Of a stretch of DNA of 64,000 nt, positions 45,495 through 54,094 are shown piece after piece. The stretch is from positions 1 to 64,000 of the forward strand of contig JAJSAI010000019.1 in the NCBI GenBank assembly GCA_024274695.1, read 5' to 3'. The translations under genes and the position numbers were made by a program. How positions within the stretch are numbered: the first letter of the stretch is position 1; every line of letters begins with the position of its first letter. The DNA comes from an archaeon (GTDB lineage: Archaea > B1Sed10-29 > JAJSAI01). Under the pieces are notes generated by a model. That model was not told the origin of the DNA and searched no databases. It saw only the letters and a list, made by a program, of their open reading frames with translations.

Positions 45495-47780
45495 ATGAGC
45501 GCTCTCGCCTACACGGTCCTCGCGCTACTGGCTGTTAACAGCCTGTTCTCTGTTTCGGACTACTACGCGCGGGTCACGACCCTGAAGACTCCTGAAAACA
45601 TTCCTGCTGCTGTCATGCAGTACTCCATGCCCGGGAAAGAGTACTACCTCTCCTCCCTTAGGACCGCGTGGGAGAAGGCAGCTGACGCCAAGAGAGAAGC
45701 GGGAAACATGTTAGAAGTGTACATAAAGGAATCTCTTTCTAACCTCGCCTTTTCCAGCTACTGCCGGTCCAAGCTCTCCGAGGTATACGGTTATGCCGGG
45801 TCAGCGTTCTACGCGACGGTCTCGCTCTTGGAAAGGGACGCCGCGGTCCTGAGGGACGCGGGCGTGGAAAACCCCAAGTACTCGGGCAGGGCCAGGCCAG
45901 TGTATCTCAGCCTGCTCCAGGCGGTCAGCGCGGTAGAGCATCCTGACAACCTCTCCTCGTCAGAATCGTCCCGCAGGATAAGGGAAGGGCTGAAGGCAGG
46001 AAACTCAGACTACTTCAACGCGCTCGTAGGATACCCTGACGGTCTCTTCAGGGTAATGCTTGACGAGCACAGGATGTTCCTGCTGGCCCTTGACTACCTT
46101 GACGCTGAGTACAAACAAGCGCTAGCAGAAGTGGAGTACAGGAACAGGCTACTGTCCTACAGGGCGAGAGAGTACGAGGCCAACAGGCTGGACGAGGTGG
46201 CGTGGAACAGGATCAGGCTAAGGGGAGGGATACTGTCCGGGGAAAGCTCTCCGGAGAACCCTGCCAGAGCATACCAGACCGCTAGGGAGTGGTCCCTGAA
46301 AACAACCGCTGTCACTGGCTCTGCTAGGGCGCTGTACTCAGCCGGAAGAAAGGCTGACGCCATAGTCCTGCTGCACGATCACTGCCTGGAAACAGAAAAG
46401 GTGATACGCGCTCTTGAGGGCGCGGTGGAAGCGGCCCGCGCGGTTGAAGAACAACTGCACCGCAGAGCGGTTAAGGCGTTTTCAAGCGCTTCAAGAGAGA
46501 GCGCGGGGTACTCGCTGGCGGAAAAAGCCTGTTCAGAGCAGAGTCCTCTTCTGGGAGAAAGCATCCTCCTCTTACAGAAGTGCATCCGCTTGTCCGAGAA
46601 GACAAGAGAACCTGACCCTTCCTCGCTTGAGGGGGAAGAACTGGCGGATAACCTTTCAAGACTTGCCTGGGACAAGTACTACCAGCTGGAACAGTACCTT
46701 GACGATCCTGTCTTCCTGGACAGGATCAGGACAAGCCTTCAGCTGTTGGACGCGTCGTCGGACGATCCGCTGCAGGCCGCTGCAGGATACCAGAAGCTCG
46801 TGCTGGAAATGGATGAGAAGCGCGCGGGGCTTGAGTCAGAGTATTCCGTGGTGCTGGAGAGCAGGGTGCTGGATTGCGGGAAGGAACAGGAAGTGAACGC
46901 CACAGTGTACTTCTCAGGCCCGCGCACCAGCGTTTACAGGGCAAGGGTCTTTCTCCCTGAACGAGTAGCGTTCCCTGACGGGTCAAAAAGCAAGATACTG
47001 TCTTCAGAAAACCAGTCCCTGAAGATCCCTGTGCACGTGTCCCCTGAATGCGTCAAGGTTTCTGAAGAACAGGTGAAGGCTGACGATACAAGGGTGTACT
47101 ACGAGGAAGAGTGGAAGGTGAGATCCCCTCTGCCCGTGAGGCTTGCTGACGGGACGGTGACAGCGTCCCTCGCGAAGGTGCTCGTGTCACGCCCCTCGTG
47201 GCTGGTGGTGGGCAGGAAAGAACAGGGCAGCATGCTCGTGCTCACAGTCTTCAACCCAGGAGACACTCTGAAGAACGTGGTCCTGTCAGCAGACACTACC
47301 CGGGAAGTGGAGGAGTGCAGCTCCTGCATACTCAGGCAGGGGAAAGTTCTTTTCTTCATTCCATTAGTCCGCGGAGGAGAGAAAAAAGTGCTGGAGGCCA
47401 GGCTCTCGGGGAACAGGACAAACGCCCTTTCCGAAAGTGTTCCCGAAGAACAGGAGGACTACAAGAACACTCTGCTGCTAGGACCCTTGAACACGAGCGG
47501 TTACAACGCCTTCATAGAGTCACGCGTGTTCGCTCCAGCGGCAGACGCTGGGAGCGAGGGCACGAACATCACTCTACAGGGTGAGGGCAAGAAAGACATT
47601 GTCCAGAGAAGAAACGTGTTGAAACCAGTCTCCCTGGAGGCACGTGAGGCCAGAGAACCTGACGAGCGTTCTAGCGGCAACTCCTACAAGTACTACGTGA
47701 TACCCCTTGGTTTTGCTGTGCTTTCGTTCATGCTCCTGAAGAGGAAGCCCGCGAGGAAGAAGATTGGGAGGGTCATATGA
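45495..47780 (+). CDS. Large hypothetical exported/membrane-anchored protein
   Basis: N-terminal hydrophobic signal, helical N-half, beta-rich C-half, C-terminal TM followed by a basic tail. Confidence 0.7.
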   Translation: MSALAYTVLALLAVNSLFSVSDYYARVTTLKTPENIPAAVMQYSMPGKEYYLSSLRTAWEKAADAKREAGNMLEVYIKESLSNLAFSSYCRSKLSEVYGYAGSAFYATVSLLERDAAVLRDAGVENPKYSGRARPVYLSLLQAVSAVEHPDNLSSSESSRRIREGLKAGNSDYFNALVGYPDGLFRVMLDEHRMFLLALDYLDAEYKQALAEVEYRNRLLSYRAREYEANRLDEVAWNRIRLRGGILSGESSPENPARAYQTAREWSLKTTAVTGSARALYSAGRKADAIVLLHDHCLETEKVIRALEGAVEAARAVEEQLHRRAVKAFSSASRESAGYSLAEKACSEQSPLLGESILLLQKCIRLSEKTREPDPSSLEGEELADNLSRLAWDKYYQLEQYLDDPVFLDRIRTSLQLLDASSDDPLQAAAGYQKLVLEMDEKRAGLESEYSVVLESRVLDCGKEQEVNATVYFSGPRTSVYRARVFLPERVAFPDGSKSKILSSENQSLKIPVHVSPECVKVSEEQVKADDTRVYYEEEWKVRSPLPVRLADGTVTASLAKVLVSRPSWLVVGRKEQGSMLVLTVFNPGDTLKNVVLSADTTREVEECSSCILRQGKVLFFIPLVRGGEKKVLEARLSGNRTNALSESVPEEQEDYKNTLLLGPLNTSGYNAFIESRVFAPAADAGSEGTNITLQGEGKKDIVQRRNVLKPVSLEAREAREPDERSSGNSYKYYVIPLGFAVLSFMLLKRKPARKKIGRVI

Positions 47781-47980
47781 ACACCATAGTGCAAGTGCTC
47801 GGGGAGAACGTGCTGACTGTTCTCTGGGACGAGGAAAGAAAAGAGTACGCCCCTATTTCTAACGGCAGGAGAAGAGTTTTTATGGACAAGCAGGAGCTCC
47901 AGAGAACGCTTGCAGAGTCATGTGGTGAGGAGGCGGCGGAGATTGTTTTACATTATCTTGAAGACAGTGGTGTACTTTAG
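47777..47980 (+). CDS. Small hypothetical protein
   Basis: GGAGGG SD and ATGA overlap with the upstream gene. Confidence 0.55.
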   Translation: MNTIVQVLGENVLTVLWDEERKEYAPISNGRRRVFMDKQELQRTLAESCGEEAAEIVLHYLEDSGVL

Positions 47981-48054
47981 GGTGATGGGCCTCAGTCCTC
48001 CTGTCAGGCTGGTGAGAATTAATCTCTTAAACCTGCCTCTCCTTTAGAGTAGAT

Positions 48055-48432
48055 ATGAAAGGTCTTACTCCCGTGGTCTCGGTTGTTCTCATAATAGGGA
48101 TGATGGTCGTCGCCTCCGTGGCGTTCTACTACTGGATAATGCCGTACACCGGAAAAAAGGCGACCCCTGAAACAACGTACTACTCCATGCATGTTGAATC
48201 GTGCAACCGGAGCCACATAACAGTCCGGAACACAGGGCTCCCGAGGTTCCATGACGCGAACGTTTCAGTCTATGATTCAACAGGGTCCAAGGTCGCCTGG
48301 TTTTATATTGACAGCCTGAACACGAGCGAGTCAAAATCCTTCCAGCTGAACCAGTCGCTCGAGCTCGGGCAAGAGTACACCCTCAGGTACGAGAAGATCC
48401 CGGGAGTCACGTTCGTGTGCAACGAGTACTAG
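48055..48432 (+). CDS. Archaeal type IV pilin-like protein (class III signal peptide)
   Basis: MKG|LTPVVSVVLII.. prepilin motif; ITVRNTG. Confidence 0.85.
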   Translation: MKGLTPVVSVVLIIGMMVVASVAFYYWIMPYTGKKATPETTYYSMHVESCNRSHITVRNTGLPRFHDANVSVYDSTGSKVAWFYIDSLNTSESKSFQLNQSLELGQEYTLRYEKIPGVTFVCNEY

Positions 48433-48953
48433 GCTCTTTCAAGAATCCAGTCAGAAAAATCAACACGCTCTTTCTTCCTTTTCTTCCCTTCTGCTATTCT
48501 GGCGCATTCCTCCACCACTTCCTCCACTGTTTTTCCTGTGGTGTCCACCTGGAAGACCCTCTTGCTCCCGTACTCCTCAATCGCTCTGATGGTGCAGTAG
48601 TCCAGGGCTTCTGCCTCCGCGTTCTCAAGAACCTTTTTCTTGCTGTACCCTCTTCCAGAAATCCTCTTCATGAGCTCCTCAGGATGGGCTCTCAGCACGA
48701 TAACGATAGAATCAGGCAGTCTCACCTCGCACGCTATGTGCCCTTCTATTATCACGTCCTCCTCTTTTGACAGTTCTTTCCTAAGCCTTTTCAGGTCTAC
48801 CACGAGCTCTCCTTCATGCGTTCCTGTGTAAAGCTTTTTTTTCTTGATGTACTCTGTAAGGTGGATTACTGGTTTTTTCAGACGCTTCCCAAGCTCTTCA
48901 GCGACAGTCGTTTTCCCGGTCCCAGGGGATCCTGTGATCACAAGCCTTTTCAT
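48429..48953 (-). CDS. Adenylate kinase, AK6/Fap7 family
   Basis: ITGSPGTGKTT, IIEGH, LRAHP.EL..R...RGY...KV.EN.EAE. Confidence 0.9.
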   Translation of the reverse strand: MKRLVITGSPGTGKTTVAEELGKRLKKPVIHLTEYIKKKKLYTGTHEGELVVDLKRLRKELSKEEDVIIEGHIACEVRLPDSIVIVLRAHPEELMKRISGRGYSKKKVLENAEAEALDYCTIRAIEEYGSKRVFQVDTTGKTVEEVVEECARIAEGKKRKKERVDFSDWILERA

Positions 48954-48993
48954 CCAGTATGCTACTCTCTTCTCATTATTTAAAACGGTTCCC

Positions 48994-49067
48994 AGGAGAA
49001 TCAGGTTTTGGGAGGATCCTTCTTGTGAAAGGATCCTCCAGGGTTAGGTGAGCCTCTCCTCTTTTTT
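48994..49067. repeat. Intergenic inverted repeat / hairpin
   Basis: GGAGGATCCTT (49011-49021) pairs with AAGGATCCTCC (49029-49039); outer AGGAGA/TCTCCT stem; T6 run follows on the plus strand. Confidence 0.7.
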
Positions 49068-49191
49068 GGCAGCATATACTGACGCTGATCTGGTATAAAA
49101 ATTTTACTATCCACAAAACACGATAATGAAAAAATGTTTACTTTTTGACGCTTAATTTTTAATCCTGTTCATTTTGAGGGTGTTTTTTTGT

Positions 49192-49929
49192 TCAAAAGTA
49201 TTTTTCGAGTTTCGCCTGTTTCTGGCGGGAGTTGGCGACCTTGGTGGTACTGCCCACCTCGTACTCTATCTTCTTGTACTCCATGCCTTCCTTTTCCAGG
49301 AACCTTTTCGCGTGGGCTGTAATGTCAGGAGCGCACAGGATACCCCTTACCCTGGAGCCCTTTCTCTTCCTGACCTCTTCCACGTACCTCTTCAGTTGTG
49401 AGACCGCGTTAAGCCCTGCCTTTCTTCTCTTGACCTCTATCAGCACGGTGTTGCCCTGCGCGTCCTCCGCCCAAATATCCACCATGCCCTTCGGGAGGAT
49501 CCCCTCTCTTTTTACTGGCCTGAGCCCCTCTTCTATCACGCTCAGGTCCTGGGCGAGGGCGTCAGAAAGATGGGACTCTACCCCCACGACACAGGACCTC
49601 TGACGGTCCCTCAGGTCAAGAACGTGTAGTGCTATTATCCTGGAAAATGATACTGAGAGGACCTCCCCCTTGTTCCTCCCTGTTATTGTGATCTTCTCCC
49701 CGTCATAGTCCGTTGTGAACACTGTCCCTGTCTTCTGATAATTCACTGGAGGGGTCTTGAACGGCTGATGCACCAGGAACGTCCCGTCAGGCTTTATTAT
49801 CACGATCCTCTCTCCAGGACCGAGCTTTGAAGCAGCCCTCCCGGCGTACGAGACCGTGCACTCTCCCACTATTATTATCGTCTTCTTCTGCTCCAGCCCC
49901 CTGTCTATGTCCCTCTTGCTTGAAAGCAT
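49192..49929 (-). CDS. nucS: Endonuclease NucS/EndoMS
   Basis: CTVSYAGRA, IKPDG..LVH, PVNYQ, VDI..D....IEVKR, SQL.RY; C-terminal PIP box QAKLEKYF. Confidence 0.93.
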   Translation of the reverse strand: MLSSKRDIDRGLEQKKTIIIVGECTVSYAGRAASKLGPGERIVIIKPDGTFLVHQPFKTPPVNYQKTGTVFTTDYDGEKITITGRNKGEVLSVSFSRIIALHVLDLRDRQRSCVVGVESHLSDALAQDLSVIEEGLRPVKREGILPKGMVDIWAEDAQGNTVLIEVKRRKAGLNAVSQLKRYVEEVRKRKGSRVRGILCAPDITAHAKRFLEKEGMEYKKIEYEVGSTTKVANSRQKQAKLEKYF

Positions 49930-50018
49930 TAGACTCTTCTTCCTCTCGGGTGGTATAAAAAAGCAGGGGCGAAAAGGTTAAAAAACACCCGGCCGGAATT
50001 CTTCAAGGGTGTTGTTTT

Positions 50019-50489
50019 TTGTTCAAGAAGAGCATGTCCTTTCCGGAGAAAGAGCTTTTCATCCGAATGTGTCTGCCCGCGTATTCTCTCACCGAGGACG
50101 TCAGGGGAAGGCTCCTCTACTACCTGAAGAAAAGAAGCGTCCCGGACAATCTCCTGCGCGAGGCGTTCCCTGAGGACTATGACAGGATAATGTCGACAGT
50201 GATGCTGGAGAAGGGCTTCTTTTCCCTTAAGCCAAGGCTTGACCTGGTGATCAAGTACTTTCTGGAATACCACAACAGGGAAACGCCTTGCAAGGTTGAG
50301 GAAGGAAGGGTTGTTGGGTTCAGAGCGGAAAGAAAGGGAGGAGAGAACACCCTCATCGCAAGAGTCGCCCTTAAGTCAGGTCGCACGGTTAACGCGTCAA
50401 CCAAGCTGGCTCCCGGGCTTGTTGTTAGAATAAACTTGAACGACAGGGTTTTCGTGCATAACAAGAAGGTCTGCCACGTGTTAGAATGA
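50019..50489 (+). CDS. Hypothetical protein with HypC-like OB-fold C-terminus
   Basis: C.VEEGRVV...ARV....GRTV....L......DRVFVH pattern; overlaps the maturation protease start. Confidence 0.5.
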   Translation: MFKKSMSFPEKELFIRMCLPAYSLTEDVRGRLLYYLKKRSVPDNLLREAFPEDYDRIMSTVMLEKGFFSLKPRLDLVIKYFLEYHNRETPCKVEEGRVVGFRAERKGGENTLIARVALKSGRTVNASTKLAPGLVVRINLNDRVFVHNKKVCHVLE

Positions 50490-50917
50490 ACAGGATAGCC
50501 GTCGCGTCCCTCGGCAACCCCCTGAGAAGGGATGATGGGATTACAGAGGTTGCCTGCAGGATGATGGAAGAGAGAAACCGTTTTAAGGCAGACTACTACT
50601 ACGGGGATCCCTTGAACTACCTGGGCAGGCTCGTTTCTTACGATCTCGTGTTCCTTGTGGACGCCGTGCTCTCAGAGGACCCTCCTGGGAGGGTCAAGCT
50701 CCTGGACATTGACTCTGTTTCAGGCCCTGGCCTTTCAACACACTCAGCGTCACTGGACCTCGTTAGAAGAATGCTTTCGGGAAAAAAAGTTTTCCTGATA
50801 GGCGTGACAGTCAGGGACACGGGATACGGGACCGGCCTGAGCCCGGGTGTGGATCCTCAGAGGATCGCTGAAGAAATAGAGAGGATCATACTCGCCCGCG
50901 CTTCCGTCAGGCATTGA
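50486..50917 (+). CDS. Hydrogenase maturation protease (HycI/HyaD family)
   Basis: LGNPLRRDDG, LVDAV...PPG.V, STH, GLSP. Confidence 0.9.
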   Translation: MNRIAVASLGNPLRRDDGITEVACRMMEERNRFKADYYYGDPLNYLGRLVSYDLVFLVDAVLSEDPPGRVKLLDIDSVSGPGLSTHSASLDLVRRMLSGKKVFLIGVTVRDTGYGTGLSPGVDPQRIAEEIERIILARASVRH

Positions 50918-50927
50918 TCTCATTTCT

Positions 50928-51260
50928 TCATTTTACCAGGTTCTTCAAATCCTCTTTCCTGGTGCTGGAGTAGTCGTACTCTGTGGAGAACGCTATCGCC
51001 TTAGGTCTCGCGGGGCACACGTCCCGGCACAGCCCGCACAGTATGCACTTTCCCATGTCAAAGTCTATCCTCCCCTTCTCGTGGAAGACTATCGCGTTAA
51101 CAGGACAGTTCCTCTCGCACAGCCTGCATCCTATGCACCGTTTGGAATAGTATACTATTCTTCCCCTAAACCTCTGGTAGGGTTTCTTCTTCTGCTCGGG
51201 ATAGTTCTCTGTCACCGGCCTCCTGAAAAGCCACGCGAGCACCTCTGTTTTCAAGCCCAT
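50928..51260 (-). CDS. Group 4 hydrogenase 2[4Fe-4S] subunit (NuoI/MbhN-like)
   Basis: PVTENYP, RFRG, CIGCRLCERNCP, CILCGLCRDVCP. Confidence 0.9.
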   Translation of the reverse strand: MGLKTEVLAWLFRRPVTENYPEQKKKPYQRFRGRIVYYSKRCIGCRLCERNCPVNAIVFHEKGRIDFDMGKCILCGLCRDVCPARPKAIAFSTEYDYSSTRKEDLKNLVK

Positions 51261-52108
51261 GAGCCCACCCACAGTACCCTCATCAAGTCTATTACCGCGA
51301 CAAAGAACGCTGCCAGCACGTACCACACGGTGGTGTGCAGCGTAAACCTTGGAGTGGTCGCGTCTGAATACGCCATCGCCATGAACAGGATCACGAAACT
51401 CACTATCCAGAAGAGCAAGTTTCCTCCTGCGAACAGGCTTGACAGCAGGCTTATGAAAAAGAACCTTTTCAGCATCTCCCCGAGGTCCAGGAAGAACAGG
51501 GACCTTCCGGAGTACTCCGTGCTAACCCCTGGAAGGATCTCGCTTTCCGCGGCCCCGGTGTCGAACTGGGTTACCTTGCTTTCCACGAGGGCCACGGCTA
51601 TCAGGGCAACGGCTGACGGGACCAGTCCCAGAATGCTCAGGTCCTTTATTCCTGCAAGCGTGATCGTGCTAGAGTACACGACGAACGAGATGATCGCGGC
51701 GGCGAGGGCCGTCTCGTATATTATCATGAGCCTCATTTCCCTCATGCTGGCGAGCATGCCGTAGGGGGAGTCAGAGCTTATTCCCGCGAGCACGTAAAAA
51801 GCGCTTGAGAGCACGGTCACGTACAATAGGAAAATGAAGTCGTACGGGAAAGAAATCACCTGGAACGGGACCAGCATCAGTCCCACGAAAAGGGTGGTGC
51901 AGTACATGAATGGCGAGATCATGAAGAACCAGTCGTTCTTGGTCGGGATCCTCTTCTTTGCCCAGAGTTTCCTGAGATCGTAAAAAGGTTGTACTACGGG
52001 AGGGCCTCTCCTGCTCTGCATTCTCGCGATCACCTTGCGGTACACCCCGTCAGCGAGGACCGCGAGGAAAGGGGATGCAACCCAGAGCACCAGGTTCAGC
52101 CAGGGCAC
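51251..52108 (-). CDS. Group 4 hydrogenase membrane subunit (NuoH/MbhM-like)
   Basis: RKVIARMQSRRGPPVVQPFYD..KL, SPYG....RE, FD...AESEI.PG...EYSG. Confidence 0.92.
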   Translation of the reverse strand: MPWLNLVLWVASPFLAVLADGVYRKVIARMQSRRGPPVVQPFYDLRKLWAKKRIPTKNDWFFMISPFMYCTTLFVGLMLVPFQVISFPYDFIFLLYVTVLSSAFYVLAGISSDSPYGMLASMREMRLMIIYETALAAAIISFVVYSSTITLAGIKDLSILGLVPSAVALIAVALVESKVTQFDTGAAESEILPGVSTEYSGRSLFFLDLGEMLKRFFFISLLSSLFAGGNLLFWIVSFVILFMAMAYSDATTPRFTLHTTVWYVLAAFFVAVIDLMRVLWVGSWA

Positions 52109-53253
52109 GAGTACTTCCTCCTGAACTCTTTTTCCCTGAGCTCTTCAACCCTGCCGTTCTTTTCTACAAGGACTCTTTCAAGGCAGGAGAAGCAGGGGTC
52201 AAGGGACGCTACTATGACGGGCACGTCTCCTACGACCATGCCTGGAAGCAGTTCTTCAAGGATCTTCATGTAAGAAAAGCTGGGTGTTCTTATCTTCGCT
52301 CTCTCCACCCTGTTGTTCTTGAACCTTAGGTAGTAGAAGAGCTCTCCTCTCGGCGCTTCCACCCGGGCGTGACCCTCTCCCTCAACCCTGGAAAGAGAGT
52401 GGGGAGGGATCTTCTCGTCCGGGAGTCCTGAGAGCACGCGTTCTACTATCCTCGCGGATTCCATGACCTCCGTGAGCCTGACCTTCAGCCTTTCCAGCGC
52501 GTCCCCCCTCTTCCCGGCCGCCATTTCAAAGTCTATCCTGGAGTACCAGTCGTACGGGTCTATCTTACGGGTGTCTATCCTCACTCCTGACGCCCGGGCT
52601 ATGGGGCCTGTCAGCCCCCATTCCAAGGCCATGCTCTTCGGGATCGTTCCAACGTTCTTGAGCCTTGACACGACAACTTCTTCCTTCATGCAGTCGTTGT
52701 AGTAATCTCTGGTTTTCCTTGCCACGCTCCGAACCTGCTGTAGTATGAACTCGGGATCCTCTTCTTCCATGTCGTACCGCAGTGTTCTTATCTTGTTAAT
52801 GTTATGATGGACCCTGCCCCCGGTTATTTTTTCAAAGCAGTCAAGCACCTTTTCTCTTTCCCTCCAGAAGTAGTTGAAAAGGGTTTCAAGGCCTATCTCG
52901 TGCATCATGAACCCTGCCCAGAGAAGGTGGCTCTGCATCCTCTCAAGCTCGAACAGCACTGTCCGGATGGCCTTCACTCTTTCAGGAGCATCGTACCCGA
53001 GAATGTTTTCCACCGTGCGCACGTACGCCCTCTCGTGAGTAATACTGCATATACCGCATACCCTTGAAGCAACGTACAGGGCCTGGTCAGGGTTTTTCCC
53101 CTCCAGCAGGTACTCTATCCCCCTGTGAGTGTACCCCGTTACCATCCTGACCTTCTGGACCTCCTCTCCCTCAAGGCAGACCTTGAGGAGTATGGGCTCT
53201 TTTATCGCAGGGCTCTGTGGCCCGACGGGCATTACGAAGTCATGCACTCTCAT
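52096..53253 (-). CDS. Group 4 [NiFe]-hydrogenase large subunit
   Basis: L1 RVCGIC and L2 DPCFSCLER with a C-terminal extension; EAPRGE; IRTPS. Confidence 0.93.
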   Translation of the reverse strand: MRVHDFVMPVGPQSPAIKEPILLKVCLEGEEVQKVRMVTGYTHRGIEYLLEGKNPDQALYVASRVCGICSITHERAYVRTVENILGYDAPERVKAIRTVLFELERMQSHLLWAGFMMHEIGLETLFNYFWREREKVLDCFEKITGGRVHHNINKIRTLRYDMEEEDPEFILQQVRSVARKTRDYYNDCMKEEVVVSRLKNVGTIPKSMALEWGLTGPIARASGVRIDTRKIDPYDWYSRIDFEMAAGKRGDALERLKVRLTEVMESARIVERVLSGLPDEKIPPHSLSRVEGEGHARVEAPRGELFYYLRFKNNRVERAKIRTPSFSYMKILEELLPGMVVGDVPVIVASLDPCFSCLERVLVEKNGRVEELREKEFRRKYSCPG

Positions 53254-53557
53254 CCCTCCTCATGGGCGGCTTGCCCTTCCAGTCCTCGGGCAGGAAGAGT
53301 TTCAGGTGCAGGTTCTTGTTGCCCTCGAACTCAACCCCGTAAAAGTCGTGGATCTCCCTCTCATAGAAGTCCGCGGGAGGAAACTCTTCCGCCAGGCTTT
53401 CCACGACCGGGGACTCTTTAGGCACCCTCAGTTCCTTGAAGAAAATGTTGTGATCCTTCCCGTCAAAGTAGTACCTCAGCCTGAACTCCTCCCCCATGTC
53501 GTCGCACACTATCGCGATAAGCCTGTTATCCTTTAGAAGCTCTTTCAAGAACCTCAA
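53240..53557 (-). CDS. Group 4 hydrogenase NuoC/MbhK-like subunit
   Basis: ADFYEREIHDFYGVEFEG, LPEDW...PMR. Confidence 0.9.
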   Translation of the reverse strand: MRFLKELLKDNRLIAIVCDDMGEEFRLRYYFDGKDHNIFFKELRVPKESPVVESLAEEFPPADFYEREIHDFYGVEFEGNKNLHLKLFLPEDWKGKPPMRRDESA

Positions 53558-53942
53558 CCCCCTTTAGTATGCCGTCTATTACAGCTTCCGGTCGCGGCGG
53601 GCATCCTGGGACGTACACGTCCACGGGTATTATCCTGTCCAATGGCCCCGCGTGATTGTACGATTCCGCGAAAGGCCCGCCTGACACCGCGCACGCTCCC
53701 ACAGCCACCACCACCTTCGGGCTTGCCATCTGGTCGTACACCGTTCTTATCCTGTCAGCGTTTTTCTTGTTTACCATCCCCTCCACCACGAGGATGTCAG
53801 CATTCCTCGGGCTGTGCTTTATCACTATCCCGAGCCTTTCCACGTCGTACCTGGGCGTGGCCACGGCGAGCACTTCAAGATTGCACCCGTTACAGCCAGC
53901 CCCGTGGAACACGAACACCCACGGAGATTTTTTGAAAGTCAT
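53526..53942 (-). CDS. Group 4 hydrogenase small subunit (NuoB/MbhJ-like)
   Basis: KSPWV, GCNGCNLE, SPRNAD, GACAVSGG, VPGCPPRP. Confidence 0.93.
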   Translation of the reverse strand: MTFKKSPWVFVFHGAGCNGCNLEVLAVATPRYDVERLGIVIKHSPRNADILVVEGMVNKKNADRIRTVYDQMASPKVVVAVGACAVSGGPFAESYNHAGPLDRIIPVDVYVPGCPPRPEAVIDGILKGVEVLERASKG

Positions 53943-54094
53943 ACGAGCATCACCGAGATGGAGAGTACTGCCAGCGAGATGAGCACTGCCGCGAGCTCCC
54001 ATGGCTCGAAGAACGCTTCATAGCTCTCCGGAAGCACTCTGCCAACATCCCTCTCCCCTCCGAGGTATACTGTGACCTTCTCTTTTCCGTTCAT
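53939..54094 (-). CDS. Small single-TM hydrogenase-associated subunit (51 aa; possibly MbhI-like)
   Basis: MNGKEKVTVYLGGE...plus one TM; ATGA overlaps with both neighbours. Confidence 0.55.
   Translation of the reverse strand: MNGKEKVTVYLGGERDVGRVLPESYEAFFEPWELAAVLISLAVLSISVMLV

Noticed and set aside
47981-48020. GGTGATGGG... as a fluoride riboswitch or C/D-box RNA
   Set aside because: Only the first few bases resemble the consensus. The pairing elements and a proper C/D box pair are missing.
49080-49190. AT-rich gap as a replication origin
   Set aside because: No repeated ORB-like boxes and no orc1/cdc6 nearby. T-tracts are common in intergenic DNA here.
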